Shown in pieces: positions 9,901 through 21,546 of a DNA stretch of 64,000 nt (the stretch's first letter is position 1; each line of letters opens with the position of its first letter). The DNA lies in NCBI GenBank assembly GCA_000002445.1, contig CH464491.1, positions 2,816,001 to 2,880,000 on the forward strand, written 5' to 3'. This stretch comes from Trypanosoma brucei (lineage: Eukaryota). The translations under genes and the position numbers were made by a program. A model generated the notes under the pieces. It saw only the letters and a list, made by a program, of their open reading frames with translations, made no database searches and was not told the origin of the DNA.

Positions 9901-11277
9901 ATGGTGCTCCTCTCTGTTCTGGATAAAGCAAAGGACATGGCTTCGCGTCTTCTACCAACGCCTTACCTGGAACTTGTAGAGGAGGCCACTGAACCATGCT
10001 TAAGTACTCCTAAACTATCGGCTGTGACGCTGCTATGCGACAATGCCAATACGCGGGCGGAAAGCGTGGCCGATGTTGTGCGGGCTGTCCGCCGCCGCAT
10101 CGCCAATTCTGATCCAACTGTGCAGTATCTCACAGTTATTGTGCTGGAGTCGCTTGTCAAAAATTGTAACACGAAGTTGCACACGGAAGTCGCTGCGCAG
10201 AAAGGCATTGTGAAGGAACTGTACAACATTGCCACCCGCAGCGCTACCAGTGAGAAGGAGTGCTTAGCGAAGGAAGCAGCTTTGGCGCTCATTCTTAATT
10301 TCTCTGTTTGGTTTGCAGGGCATCCCAACAGCCGGTTAAAGTTCTTGACGTCAGTCGCTGAGGCTGTTCGACGGGCTGTAGGGCCCAATGCATTTGATGG
10401 AATCCAGCCCGACATTGATACGCGACTCTCCATGGCAGTAGGCCCAACGGGCCAGCGCACCCGTCCCCCGGCGAAGCAACCGAACAAATCAATACACCAT
10501 CCACCAGAAACTGGACTCCCGCCGGGAGCACACGTGGTAGACGCAATTGGCATCGTTTTACCAACGGACGAGGAGCTAGGTACCATGCTTGACGTATGTA
10601 TGACCCTTGCAGAATACCTCAATGACATCAAAGTGAACGAGGACGGAAGTGTAGAAATGGATGACGTTATCGAGAGTATTCTCAGTAGTATACGCAGCAG
10701 CAATAAACTAATTTTATTGATCCTTGGTTCTGATCTGAAGCCGAGTAACAGGGAAATGCTTGTGGATGTTTGCAACAGCCAAAATAATCTGATGCAGCGC
10801 CTGTCCAAGCGGGCACCTTCACAAGATACACGACAGGGCGGCACCACAGCACAATCGACTTCAGATTCACTGTCGGGGGCCTCGGTGGCTGCGACCGCTA
10901 AAACGCCATCAGCAAGTTCAAAAATGACGGCGGCAAGTGCAGCAAAGCCAAGTGCCCCACCCGAAACCCCAAAGGAGCAGCCGGTGAAATTGTTGGGCGC
11001 ATCTCAAACAGTGAAAAGGCCAGTGAAGCCAACAGGGGGTGAAAGTGCCGCACATCCACAAAACCCTCTTGACCTACTTGACGACCTATTCCCGGCTGCG
11101 CCCGCCCAGGCTCCTGCAGCGGCACCGCCGGCAGTTGAGGCGGTGGGAAAGGGAGCAGAAAATAACTGTGAAGATATGTACAGTAGTGAAGAGGTTTCTG
11201 AAGAAAGAAACCGGAAACCGGTTAAGCACGTTTATACCGATTTTGAAGACCTTTTGGCGCGACAGGCACCAAAGTAG
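9901..11277 (+). CDS. VHS-domain protein (TOM1-like endosomal adaptor)
   Basis: The N-terminal 140 aa fit the VHS consensus ('ATEPCLSTPKLSAVTLLCD..N..AESVADVVRAVRRRIANSDPTVQYLTVIVLESLVKNCNTKLHTEVAAQKGIVKELYNIA'). The C-terminal half is low-complexity, rich in Ala, Pro and Ser. Confidence 0.6.
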   Translation: MVLLSVLDKAKDMASRLLPTPYLELVEEATEPCLSTPKLSAVTLLCDNANTRAESVADVVRAVRRRIANSDPTVQYLTVIVLESLVKNCNTKLHTEVAAQKGIVKELYNIATRSATSEKECLAKEAALALILNFSVWFAGHPNSRLKFLTSVAEAVRRAVGPNAFDGIQPDIDTRLSMAVGPTGQRTRPPAKQPNKSIHHPPETGLPPGAHVVDAIGIVLPTDEELGTMLDVCMTLAEYLNDIKVNEDGSVEMDDVIESILSSIRSSNKLILLILGSDLKPSNREMLVDVCNSQNNLMQRLSKRAPSQDTRQGGTTAQSTSDSLSGASVAATAKTPSASSKMTAASAAKPSAPPETPKEQPVKLLGASQTVKRPVKPTGGESAAHPQNPLDLLDDLFPAAPAQAPAAAPPAVEAVGKGAENNCEDMYSSEEVSEERNRKPVKHVYTDFEDLLARQAPK

Positions 11278-11974
11278 TGTTAGCAATAACTCTCCACTGG
11301 GTGGGTAGTACACCAAGTATACATGATATTAGCATGGGTAGATTTGCGTGCGTGCGTGTTGGGTCGTTTTACGTAATGCAAATATGTTCAAGATCCTTTT
11401 CGTCTCAACTGGCATTTCGAATCAAAAGACAAGGGGGAAAAAGCAAAGGAAGGAGATGGCGCAACCAGATCCTCATTTTTTGTTCCTGAATTTGTACCGG
11501 TGGTTTGAACGTAAGTGGAGCGTTGTCGCAAGCTCTGGTCCCATGCGTTTAGTGCAGTTTTTAAGTATGGTACCGTTTTGTAGCGCTCGCAGGGCTCTAA
11601 GCATCATTTTTGTGGATACCACTACGCGAAAAAAAGGAAGTTGTTATGTGTTTTTATTTCCACTCCCGCACACTAGCATCAACATCTTTATCGTGCAGTG
11701 GTTACCTATGTTATTTCTTTTTTTTTTATTAGTGTCAGTCCTACTATTTATTCATTTTTGCAACTATCAGGACTAACTGAGCTTGGCTCTGCAATCTCAC
11801 GGCGTGACGGTCCACATCTCCTTTCCTGTGTAACTAAAGGTAAAAGAAAAGGTCAATACAAGGCACTAACACGCATTCCTAACTCAGAGAAGGACAGCAA
11901 TTGGAGTCTCATCGTTCCACAAAAAAAAGGGGGCGTAGAGAAAAGCGACGGTGCTTTAAAAGAAAGGAAAGAAG

Positions 11975-12814
11975 ATGGGTCCCAGTGAGTACGATGAGTT
12001 GGAGAACATCGTCGAACGCTGTAGCGCAAGAGGCCCAAACACATGTGGGTGGAAAATCACTATGACAGAGGACATACACGATGAACCGGACCGTCTCAAT
12101 GGCTACCCATTTGCTGACCACAACGGTATCGGAGTGCGGTTATCTTACACCAAAGGAAGCATCACGGTCCGGGCTAATGTGAGTTCGAACCCCAAGACCA
12201 CATGGTGTGATCTTCTTCCTACTCTCAAATGGAGGCGAGACGCGCATGGCGCCCAACATACCTTTTTCCTCCACATGGCCGCAACGCCCAGGTTTACGTA
12301 CACATTGCGTCACCCGGAGTTTTTTATCACATCGGACACAAATCTGGTGGATGGGTTTGTCTCCAGATGCACAGCAACCACACGCATATCACCAAAAAAT
12401 CAGGTGGGTGTGTCATTTACGTATGACCCCAGCAGAAGTGGTTTGAAAGACTACACGTTTCTTTTTGCACGGGAGGCGTGTGCCGCCGTGCTCGGTGGTG
12501 ACGTCGTGGCCAAGTATAACGCCACCCGCGGTATAGGCCTTCACCTTCGTGTTCCGACGAACGCATACACCAGTGCGGTTGTCTTGGCAGAAAAGCAGCG
12601 GTTCATAGTGGGAGCAGAGGCTCGCTCATCCTGCGGTGCTCAGATGTTAATGAATATAAACCTAGTCGACCAGAGGGCTGAAGTGGCTCTTTCGCGATTC
12701 TTTGGCCCAGTCTGGCAAGTGGCACTCAACTACTCAGCAGTTCTGAACAAGCCTACCACTGGGTATATTTCGACAGTGTCCCCGCGGTTTGGTATTGTTT
12801 TCACAGGAAGGTGA
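11975..12814 (+). CDS. hypothetical protein
   Basis: A 279-aa ORF in the same orientation as its neighbours. Codon usage is gene-like. I recognise no domain. Confidence 0.45.
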   Translation: MGPSEYDELENIVERCSARGPNTCGWKITMTEDIHDEPDRLNGYPFADHNGIGVRLSYTKGSITVRANVSSNPKTTWCDLLPTLKWRRDAHGAQHTFFLHMAATPRFTYTLRHPEFFITSDTNLVDGFVSRCTATTRISPKNQVGVSFTYDPSRSGLKDYTFLFAREACAAVLGGDVVAKYNATRGIGLHLRVPTNAYTSAVVLAEKQRFIVGAEARSSCGAQMLMNINLVDQRAEVALSRFFGPVWQVALNYSAVLNKPTTGYISTVSPRFGIVFTGR

Positions 12815-13221
12815 AATACGATACGGAACACAACAAGAAGGAAGGCGAAAACAGCAAAGTGGAAAACTGTGTTTTTCAGAACAAAACAAATTTCTCTACG
12901 ACCAAGTATTGTGAACCGCAATATTCCCTAAGGCACCTCATGAGAAACGTGAGAATGGAACATTTTAGTGCAAGGAGTTTACGTTTCTAAAACGCGATGT
13001 CAGGAAGGAAAGAAACAATACTCAGAGTCAGCGTCCGAGTAAATATCCCATCGCATGATAAGGATTATTAAATCTACGACGCAAACGTTGCCTCAATCGG
13101 AAGCAGAAGTATAAGCGCGGGTCATAACATCCACACGAGCTCAGATAAACAACACAAAGTTTTCAAACGGAAACAAACCACTGACACAAGGTGAAAAAAA
13201 AAGCGAATTATCCCGTCGTGA

Positions 13222-13263
13222 CCTTATTTTCCTTGTGCTTTCACCCTTCTCTCCCTCTCTTAG
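13222..13263 (+). promoter_or_regulatory. polypyrimidine tract + AG: putative trans-splice acceptor signal for RPSA copy 1
   Basis: 'ccttattttccttgtgctttcacccttctctccctctcttag' ends 35 nt upstream of the ATG. It is duplicated exactly upstream of copy 2, at 37549..37590. Confidence 0.6.
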
Positions 13264-13297
13264 TTCCAAAGCATTACGCAACTCCCACACACGCAAT

Positions 13298-14032
13298 ATG
13301 ACCTCCGTCTCGTCCGGCGCTAAGGTCCTCCGAATGAAGGAGAGCGACGTGCAGAAGTTGCTCGCCATGCACTGCCACCTCGGCACGAAGAACAGCAGCA
13401 GCGCCATGAAGAAGTACATCCACGGGCGCACAAGCGACGGCACAAATATCATTGATATCCACATGACGTGGGAGAAGCTGATCCTTGCCGCCCGTGTGAT
13501 CGCTGCGGTGGAGAACCCACAGGATGTCACCGTCTGTTCCACACGCCTATTCGGGCAGCGCGCCATCTTCAAGTTTTCCCAACTCGTTGGGACATCGTTC
13601 CTCGGTGGCCGGTTTATTCCCGGTACATTCACCAACCAGATCCAGAAGAAGTTCATGCAGCCACGCGTTCTGGTTGTCACGGATCCCCGCACAGACCACC
13701 AGGCCCTACGTGAAGCGAGCCTTGTCAACATCCCCGTCATTGCTTTCTGCGACACGGACGCACCACTGGAGTTTGTTGACATTGCCATCCCGTGCAATAA
13801 CCGTGGACGCCATTCTATCAGCATGATGTATTGGCTGTTAGCCCGGGAGGTGCTGAGGCTCCGTGGCACCATCCCACGTAGTGTCCCATGGGAAGTGAAA
13901 GTGGACCTCTTCTTCTACCGTGACCCTGAAGAGGCATTGAAGCAAGAGGAGGCCACCGCCGCAGCTGAGGTCCATGAAGAAGCTGACGAGGGTTATGGAT
14001 GGGTGGAGCGCGACAACACATGGGAGCAGTAA
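13298..14032 (+). CDS. RPSA: 40S ribosomal protein SA (p40 / laminin-receptor family, uS2), copy 1
   Basis: '[32 protein letters not shown]...[27 protein letters not shown]...[67 protein letters not shown]' is the uS2/SA signature. GC3 is very high, as expected for a highly expressed gene. The ATG at 13298 was chosen over the ORF-track start at 13235, because the upstream codons translate the polyY tract. Confidence 0.9.
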   Translation: MTSVSSGAKVLRMKESDVQKLLAMHCHLGTKNSSSAMKKYIHGRTSDGTNIIDIHMTWEKLILAARVIAAVENPQDVTVCSTRLFGQRAIFKFSQLVGTSFLGGRFIPGTFTNQIQKKFMQPRVLVVTDPRTDHQALREASLVNIPVIAFCDTDAPLEFVDIAIPCNNRGRHSISMMYWLLAREVLRLRGTIPRSVPWEVKVDLFFYRDPEEALKQEEATAAAEVHEEADEGYGWVERDNTWEQ

Positions 14033-14578
14033 GCGAATTGTTGCCTTGGGACAAGCACAGTTGTTTAACATATATGTCTTGGTTGTTACCTCCGTATAAT
14101 TTTTAATTTTTTTTCTTTTCGGTGACCGCGTGCGGCATCGCTAACTTTAGGGAGGAATGAGGCGCTGCGCATTCGAAGGTGCTCTGCCGCTGAACAATGA
14201 CTGCCTCATGACACTATACAACCAACACCTCATTATTGCCCTAAGCGTCGTTTGACAATATTGCATCTCCTCTACAATACCTGTTTCTGTGTGATATTTT
14301 GTATCTGATGTTATATTTCCTTCTTCTTTTCTCTTAACTTCCTTCATTTCCGTACCATCTATTGCAGCGACAAACCCAGGGCAGCGCCAACGGGTGGTGA
14401 GTGAGCACTGGACCCTGCCTAGAGGCCACTCAAAAGTAACTGTCAAGCGGTCGCGCAGGAAAGGCTAAAAGTAGGCAAGGAATTGTGCGTGCACCACTGT
14501 GTAATTGAAACTCATCGGTACTTGTATCAATCACGTATTGTCAAAGCTCATTTTTAGTGCTCGGGAACTATTGCTGAG

Positions 14579-15382
14579 TTGGAGCGTGCCACGATGGAGC
14601 CAAGTAAAACCAGCACCCGGCGCAATCCCGATCAGTGCTATGCGTGCTACTCCGAGATTGCTAATATTGTAGCCCAAATGGGTGGGTTGTACTGTCACCA
14701 AAGCAGAAACGCTGGTCCCCAGTTACTCTGTCGTATATGGCGTACACTGTGCGAATCAGTGGAAGAAACCCTCGTGAGAAAGCGTTCTTGCATAATACCA
14801 GACTTCTTACATGCCAGCATCAAGGTGCAGAGGGTCTCGCCATTCGATGGTGAAATTAATTTGTACAAACCACAGATGGTGTTGCTTCCTGACTTTCTTT
14901 CAAAATTCCACGTTCAGAACGTTCTCACCTTTCGCGATGCGCACTATCATGCCACAGTCCCAAATATCATAAGCTTCGATGAGATAGCAGCGATTGTTGG
15001 AACAGATCGGCATATAGTGAAAGCGGCTGTGAGTGAGTCCGTGCGTGAAATTGGGAAATATTTGGATCGCAACAAGTGCGCGGTGTTATCTATCGATGTT
15101 GGTGTTGCTTTTTTGGAATTCCGGGGACGCGAATACCGAATCAAGTGGGCCGACACTTTTCTGGAACGGCTCAAGAGGGAAGTTGGACCCCGCTCCTTCG
15201 TCGAACCGTACATTCCACCAACCATGGCACCAGACGCGAGGGGTTGTCGCTTCCAATCAGAGTGCTTGACGAAGGAATCGCTACATGGGTCGCTAAACGA
15301 TACACTGCAGCGAGAAAGTCGAACTCAGGTGGTGGAGATGTGCGGCTCGCAAAACAAACAGTTTACGCTATCACCTTCTTGA
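14579..15382 (+). CDS. hypothetical protein
   Basis: A 267-aa ORF that begins immediately after the end of the duplicated RPSA segment. I recognise no confident domain. Confidence 0.45.
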   Translation: MERATMEPSKTSTRRNPDQCYACYSEIANIVAQMGGLYCHQSRNAGPQLLCRIWRTLCESVEETLVRKRSCIIPDFLHASIKVQRVSPFDGEINLYKPQMVLLPDFLSKFHVQNVLTFRDAHYHATVPNIISFDEIAAIVGTDRHIVKAAVSESVREIGKYLDRNKCAVLSIDVGVAFLEFRGREYRIKWADTFLERLKREVGPRSFVEPYIPPTMAPDARGCRFQSECLTKESLHGSLNDTLQRESRTQVVEMCGSQNKQFTLSPS

Positions 15383-15822
15383 AAACATCAGTTGCCGCGC
15401 CGGTAGTCTTCAGATGAGAAGAGTTTGAACAGGGAAAAGAATGTGTGCAAGAGGGTTGGAAAAAAAAAACGGCAGTAGTGAGGGTGAACTGATCCTCATC
15501 ACGCGAAATGTACAAATACATTTACTGTCATTATTTTACTTAGAGACTCTGAGAAGGGGGCGTGATTTTGGTGTTGTTTGGTTTTGAAACATGTAGAAGA
15601 GCAAGTTGTAGAAATGGTGTTCTGAAAGGAGGCTGGAGCGGGTACGTGTTGGGGTGTGGTACGACATTTGATATGGTACAAGAGCCCTTCAATCTCTCTC
15701 GGTTTAGTCGACGCATGGAACGGCTGTTGTTCAGTTCTCTGTTTGTCTAACACAAGAAGCGCATATACAGCACCGGCCCGCACGCTGCTGTTGGTTATCT
15801 GGTGATTGAGTGTTGCTTCTAA

Positions 15823-18498
15823 ATGGTATCCCCTGACAGGTGCATGAACAAAGGTTCCTCCCCCACATTCACTGATTTCCCCCCTCTTCTTTTGCTACTT
15901 CTTTCGACTTCGCCATCACCGAATCTACTACAAATAGTTACTCTTGCGCACACACGGATGAACGTCGCGTGGGGGACAAAGACTACACGTAATTGTAATG
16001 AACATATGCTAATGGCTTCTCCAGTGGCAGATGGATCGTGGAATCGGTCAGTGCGTTCTCTCCGTTGCTACAGCACGGAGTCTCATAGGTACAACCATAC
16101 CCCGTGCGACGGCAGCATTCCCATTGCATTTGCTCCGGTGGGCCTATCTTGCCTCCAAACGGGAGCCATCGTGGGGCATGCAAACCAGAATTCATCCATT
16201 CCAGTAGCATGCCAACGTGGCTTATGCACCTACGGTCACGATGTACAACTATTGCAGCATCATCACCAGCTCTACAACCAACGTCAAAGGTTGAGACGCG
16301 GCGCCCCACGCGAAGCCCCCGTAGCAAAAGAGACCGGGAGTGTTGAATACGGCGCGGGCCCTCCGACAGGATCTAACAGCAAGAGACCGCTTCGGTGGGA
16401 GGGTAGTCAGTCTTCTTTGAACGAGTCTCGTAAACAAAAGAAAAGGAACAGTGGGAGTGTGCGCGATCTGCTATTTGTTGCACATGTGTCCAACTTTTCC
16501 CAGTTGGAAGAGTTGCGGCGTACTAATTCCCTTCCGGATTTCCTACAGTCGTTTGTGCCGAAGCAGGCCAATCCGCCAACCACAAGTATGCCGATGAGGT
16601 TCTTGATCGTGGTTGAAAAGTTGTACCTTGCAGCCTGCGTGTCAATCCCACCGTCACCTGAAGATGTTGTTCTCTCTGAGAGGACGGCAGTGGAGTTTCT
16701 TGAGGTTCGGTACGTGCACTGCGACGATGGGCACCTCCTGGTGGACCTAAAGAGCGGTACATGCGTTGCCAAACGCATTCACTCAACATTTCGGAAGGCA
16801 CTGGTGCAACTTTCAAAACTTGAAGCAAAGTTGCTCACCGGTGAATATGCTGGAACCATGCAAGTCCTCCAGGATAAGTCACTTTTCAGAGGCATCTCCT
16901 ACAACCCCCTGGTCTATGCTGCGCTTTTCAACCTCTTAACGCAGAATGGGGGAGAAGAAGACATTGATGCCGCAGACTTGTGGTCAAAACTTATCCGTGA
17001 GCCTACACCCAACAGTTCACACAGTGACACGGCGGAGAGAAGCCATACACGATATGAGAAAGCAGAAGATGGTGAAAAACACTTGGTTGGCGACACTGCT
17101 TCGCTTCTCCCCTCCTGTGGAGTTGCGCTCTTCTCAACTGTTTACGGAGTTCGTTTGTTTAAGCGAGTAATGGGTATCCCCGGGTTGCGGAGGCTTTTTT
17201 TCCAACTGTTGGTGGAAGCAGCGCAGCCGATGTCAGTAACCGAAGTAACGACACCACCACCCTTGAAAGATGATGAAGCACTTGAAAGATCCACGGCCAA
17301 TGTTACGAAACGCCCCTCTGAGCAGTGCTTCATGGCCATCTTCTCGTGCTCACTCACGTCGTATTTCCTCTTTGAGTGCTTCGGTCTCGTGGATGGAGCA
17401 GACTGTTGCGAAGAGGAAGTGGATATCATTTGTGCCTGTCTAAAGCGATCTGCGGTGAAGGTTGCCTGTAGCAACGGTGGAAGCTTCACGATGATTGGGT
17501 TAATCAAGGCCCTTTCCACCCGTCGTTTCGGCGAATGCCAAAGGAACTGGCAGGGGGACGAAGGCAGCGTAATTGTGCACGAAAAGAGTGCGAGTATTAT
17601 CGACCCAAACAGCGAGAGTAATGTCCTCAGCACCTCTTCACCACATGAAAGGCTGCGAGAACGGCGGGTGGAAAGTGACGAAAAGTTTTTCCGCGCGGTC
17701 ATCAGGGGATTTGTGGCCGGTGAAGGCCCAGGAAGTACACGTGAAGAGAAAGTTTCACGAGGCCGCCGCGTGAAGTTTCTTACGCAGCACGTCATCGCAT
17801 GCCGTGTGACGCAGAGCCTCATTCCGGTACTTGTGGATTCCATCCACCTTATGGAGGATCGGATGAAAAAGCGCCAACGGCAGGAACCAGTCAGAAGGGG
17901 GGAAGAGGAGGAGGAGGATTTGTTGGAAGTGCAGTACTTCGAGGACTGTACGGCATTTCTTGAAGAAGCAACTGACCAGTGTGGGTTGATGGTAAACCAC
18001 GCGCATGGGAACTATGTACTTCAGGCGCTCATACGCGAATTAGTTAAGCGTAGTACACCACGGTCATTTGTTGAGAAAATGCTACAGAAAGTGTCAGATA
18101 TGCTCATTGCGTCCATACTTGAGGTTAGCAAGGAAAAATTTGCATCCAACTGCTTAGAAGCAATGATTGACGCCTGCAAGACAGCGCGTGGGGGAAATGG
18201 GATGATTTTATGCCTCGGGTCAACTTTACTCCGTAAGGGAAGGGACCGCATGCTACAAGTGACATTTGATCAATATGGAAACTACGTCGTGCGCAAAATG
18301 CTCAATCATATCACAGCCCTCGCGGTGGGTGAACAGAAAGCAATGGAGAGTGAACGAGAGGAAGCACGCAGACTGAGAGGGCAGTATTTTAGTATACTTG
18401 CGCAAAATTCCGAACAACTTCGCACCGCGCGATACGGATCAGGCATTTACGACTGGATATGTTGCCAGAGCTCCGGAATTCCTGCATCGCATAAATAA
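15823..18498 (+). CDS. PUF/Pumilio-family RNA-binding protein (start codon uncertain)
   Basis: C-terminal Pumilio-repeat signatures: 'NHAHGNYVLQALIRELV', 'KFASNCLEAMID' and 'DQYGNYVVRKMLNHI'. The N-terminal 600 aa are low-complexity. The true start is probably an internal Met, because the ORF-track N-terminus translates a pyrimidine tract. Confidence 0.65.
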   Translation: MVSPDRCMNKGSSPTFTDFPPLLLLLLSTSPSPNLLQIVTLAHTRMNVAWGTKTTRNCNEHMLMASPVADGSWNRSVRSLRCYSTESHRYNHTPCDGSIPIAFAPVGLSCLQTGAIVGHANQNSSIPVACQRGLCTYGHDVQLLQHHHQLYNQRQRLRRGAPREAPVAKETGSVEYGAGPPTGSNSKRPLRWEGSQSSLNESRKQKKRNSGSVRDLLFVAHVSNFSQLEELRRTNSLPDFLQSFVPKQANPPTTSMPMRFLIVVEKLYLAACVSIPPSPEDVVLSERTAVEFLEVRYVHCDDGHLLVDLKSGTCVAKRIHSTFRKALVQLSKLEAKLLTGEYAGTMQVLQDKSLFRGISYNPLVYAALFNLLTQNGGEEDIDAADLWSKLIREPTPNSSHSDTAERSHTRYEKAEDGEKHLVGDTASLLPSCGVALFSTVYGVRLFKRVMGIPGLRRLFFQLLVEAAQPMSVTEVTTPPPLKDDEALERSTANVTKRPSEQCFMAIFSCSLTSYFLFECFGLVDGADCCEEEVDIICACLKRSAVKVACSNGGSFTMIGLIKALSTRRFGECQRNWQGDEGSVIVHEKSASIIDPNSESNVLSTSSPHERLRERRVESDEKFFRAVIRGFVAGEGPGSTREEKVSRGRRVKFLTQHVIACRVTQSLIPVLVDSIHLMEDRMKKRQRQEPVRRGEEEEEDLLEVQYFEDCTAFLEEATDQCGLMVNHAHGNYVLQALIRELVKRSTPRSFVEKMLQKVSDMLIASILEVSKEKFASNCLEAMIDACKTARGGNGMILCLGSTLLRKGRDRMLQVTFDQYGNYVVRKMLNHITALAVGEQKAMESEREEARRLRGQYFSILAQNSEQLRTARYGSGIYDWICCQSSGIPASHK

Positions 18499-20049
18499 GC
18501 GAGGAAGTGGTGCCGAAGTGGAAAAATAAAAGATAAAAGGTAAAAAAAAAAAAAATGTCCTGGAGAATGAATGTATGGTTCTAAGAAGGGATACAAAAAA
18601 AAAAAGAAAAAGAACACTGATCAAATATACGGAAAAATAAGGGAAGACAAGACCACGGTTTTTTTTTGTACTCTAAGCGGTCACGCACCGCCGCGTGATG
18701 ATAAATGTCGTCTTTGTCGCTTCCCCCCTCCCCTTTTGGGGAGAATGTGTTTAACGTCAAAATTGTTATTTTGTCCTTTATGTCCTTTCGTGTCTTTGTC
18801 TTTCTTTTCTTTGCCTTTACTTATAACGGATGAACGCCGTTATTATTACCGTCGTTTCGAGAATAAAATGGAGAGGAAGGCTGACGTGCAGGGAGAAGGG
18901 AAAGTACATTGTCTCTTTTCTTTTTTTTTTTGCTTGTTTCGAATTCCCTTGCTTTTTTTTCCTAATCTCAAAAAAAAAAACGTAATAACACGTGTCCGAA
19001 GTGAAAATTAGCAGGGAAATGAGGAGGAAATTAAAAGGCGAAAGAAGAGGTTTTAAAGAAGCTGCTGATGCTGTATCCTTAACTTTTTAGTGACGGTATT
19101 TGAAAAAAAAAACAGAAATAGAGATTTGTTGATCAGCGCAATGCATTGAACGCATGGTTCCGCTATTTCAAAAAAAAAAGAAACGAAGTGATAAATGGTG
19201 GTTCATGCAGCTAAGTAAAGAACTAAATTGTAGAAAGAAGGTGCAAAGTTTACCAATAACCACAATGACTTTTCTCCCTGCTCTTTTTTATTCTATTCCT
19301 CAAAAAGTAAAGCAAAAAAAACTGCAAGGCAACCAGTCACCACCTCGAAGACTGAGGATTGTGCTTCAGACGGTAAATAAATAATAATAATAATAACAAT
19401 GACAATAAATATAATAAATGTAGCGTTCACTCACAGTTTCTCAAATTTTGATGTTGCCGTTGTTCCATCTTATAACGGTTGAGCTGAAGGGCTACGAAAG
19501 GGAATCCCTCTTTGCTTGCGCCGTGCGTATTTTGCGTGCGCCTGCGCTTTTGTTTGTTCTGTTTTTTTTGTTTGTTTTTGATCTTTAATTTGTTGTGTGT
19601 TGATTATCTTTATCATCTTTTTTTTTTTCACCCTCTTCCTCTGTTGTTGTTGCTATTGTTGAAATGCTTTATACTCTTCTTGCGACTGCAAGTTACTACT
19701 GTCGTTAAAAAACTTTATATTAATGATTTTCTTTTTTGTTGTTAAATACGTTGAATCACTGCTGCAGTAGACGTATTTTAAAAAAAAAAGAAAGTGGGGG
19801 AAGAAGTTTTGCTCATGAACGGCACGCTCTTTTATATGTGTGTGCTGTTTTTAATTCACGCTTGTTGCCACTTGCGACGGGCGGTGCCGGTATTAATTTT
19901 CATTTGTTTTGTTTGTTTGTTTTTTTTCGTTTGTTTTTTTTTACTTTTTATGAAGATACGAATGTAACCATTCGTCACCGCTTCTTCCCCCACACTTACC
20001 TCTTATGTACATTTTTTTTTGTTTTTGTCTGATATTGTCATCCTTGAAA

Positions 20050-20112
20050 ACAACAACGGCAACAGCAACAACAACAACAACAACAGTAACAATAATAATA
20101 ATAATATATTAT
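20050..20112. repeat. (CAA)n/(AAT)n trinucleotide repeat
   Basis: 'caacaacggcaacagcaacaacaacaacaacagtaacaataataataataat', within the 3-kb ORF-free region downstream of the PUF gene. Confidence 0.9.
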
Positions 20113-21546
20113 TATTATTATGTTATATTATATATTTTGTGTTATAAATGTTACTACTATTGTATAATATGTATACGTATGAAGAATATTTATACAATTA
20201 TATATCTCAATATGCTTTGAGTTTCCTTTCCTTACTTTCCCCCTCTATCCTTTCTTTTGTTTTTCCTTTCTATCAGTTTTTTTTTCTTGTATTATCCAAA
20301 ATTGGGGTACTCCTCTTTCATTTATTGATTTGTTAATGTATTTATGAACTTACAGTTTTTTTTTTAAAAAAATAAAAACGTTCATCTTTATATATTGAAA
20401 TATATCTTTATATATTTATTTATGTATTTTACCAGACAGTTTTGCCTCCTCTGCCCCCTCATTGTTTCAAGTACTGTTGTAATGCAATTTTGGTTTGCTT
20501 CCTTTTAACTTTTTTCCATAACAAATTTGATTTTTCTTTAACGCGAGAGAAACAAATATAATTTATAAATATGATATATAATTATCTGACTTAATTTGTT
20601 TTGTTTTGTTTTTTTAATGTTTCATATAGAAGGGGACACAACATTGATAAGTAAATAGATAAATAAATAATTTATTTCAAGTCTTTTGTTTGGTTTTTTT
20701 TTGAAAATGAAAAGCTATGAGTGAAACGGGGGGGGAAGCGGAGGGCTCACGGGACTATTTCGTCACTCCTTCTTTTTTTTTCAGTACAATTGTGACGAAA
20801 AGAAAAGAAAATGTAGGGAAGGGAGTCGGTAATATTAATATTTAAAAAAAAAAGGGAAATAGGAAATTTTTTTACCACTATTGTTGCTACTAATACCGGT
20901 GTTTGTTTGGTGCCAAACACCATCTGTTTCCATTTTAATTCTTTTGTGTTTATATGTTTTCTTTTTCTTTTGCCTCTTCTTTCCTACTTTATCCTCTTGT
21001 TTGTTTGACTTTTTTTTTCTCCCACTGATTCCTTCATGATCCACTTAGGCCCGTGAATTTGGACCGTTGTTTGTTGGCTCTTTTAGTTTGTTCGTTTGTT
21101 TGTTTGTTTGTTTTTGTTTTTGTTTTTGTTTTTTTTTGTTTTGCCTTTACTTTACTTTGCTTTGCTCGAGTGTTCCACCACAAGACGCCGCGCAGGTCGA
21201 CCAGCGCTGACAGTTTGCAGAAAAAAAAAGGAAATAAAATTTGTAAATAAAATAAAACAGAGTCACAAGAAGGAAACAAGGGGGAACGGCGTAGTGGAGG
21301 CAGCGGTATCACCGACTTAACCCACCTCTTCGTACTCACTTACTCCGTGTGTGTGTGTGTACGCGCGCGCTGTTGTATTTGTTTGTGTGTCTGGTTTATT
21401 AGAGGGGGAAACAAAAGGAAAGAAACCAACAAAAACAACAGGAAAACGCTGGAAGGCAAACTAACAGAGAGGCAACAGTAACAGTCAGATAAAAGAGGGG
21501 AAGGGAAAAGGAAAGTAGAAAGGAGGAATAACAAAAAAGGACAGGT

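Larger units (their letters stand above)
13211..14565. repeat. segmental duplication copy A (1.35 kb, carries RPSA with flanking processing signals)
   Basis: This stretch appears to be nucleotide-identical to 37538..38893. All six-frame ORFs inside it, including the antisense ones, are identical between the two copies. Confidence 0.9.

Noticed and set aside
9963-10847. 294-aa minus-strand ORF inside the VHS-domain gene
   Set aside because: Antisense frame of a GC-rich, Ala/Ser-rich coding region, with low-complexity translation. The same reasoning applies to the minus-strand ORFs at 17142..17843, 31085..31765 and 60566..61138.
12175-12200. tRNA T-loop-like motif 'gagttcgaacccc'
   Set aside because: It lies inside a coding ORF. 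No flanking acceptor or anticodon stem structure was found. I could identify no convincing tRNA anywhere in the window.
13141-13872. 243-aa antisense ORF overlapping RPSA, and its twin at 37484..38200
   Set aside because: It is antisense to a strongly conserved ribosomal protein gene. High-GC3 genes commonly yield long stop-free antisense frames. It has no homology and the wrong strand for this transcription unit.
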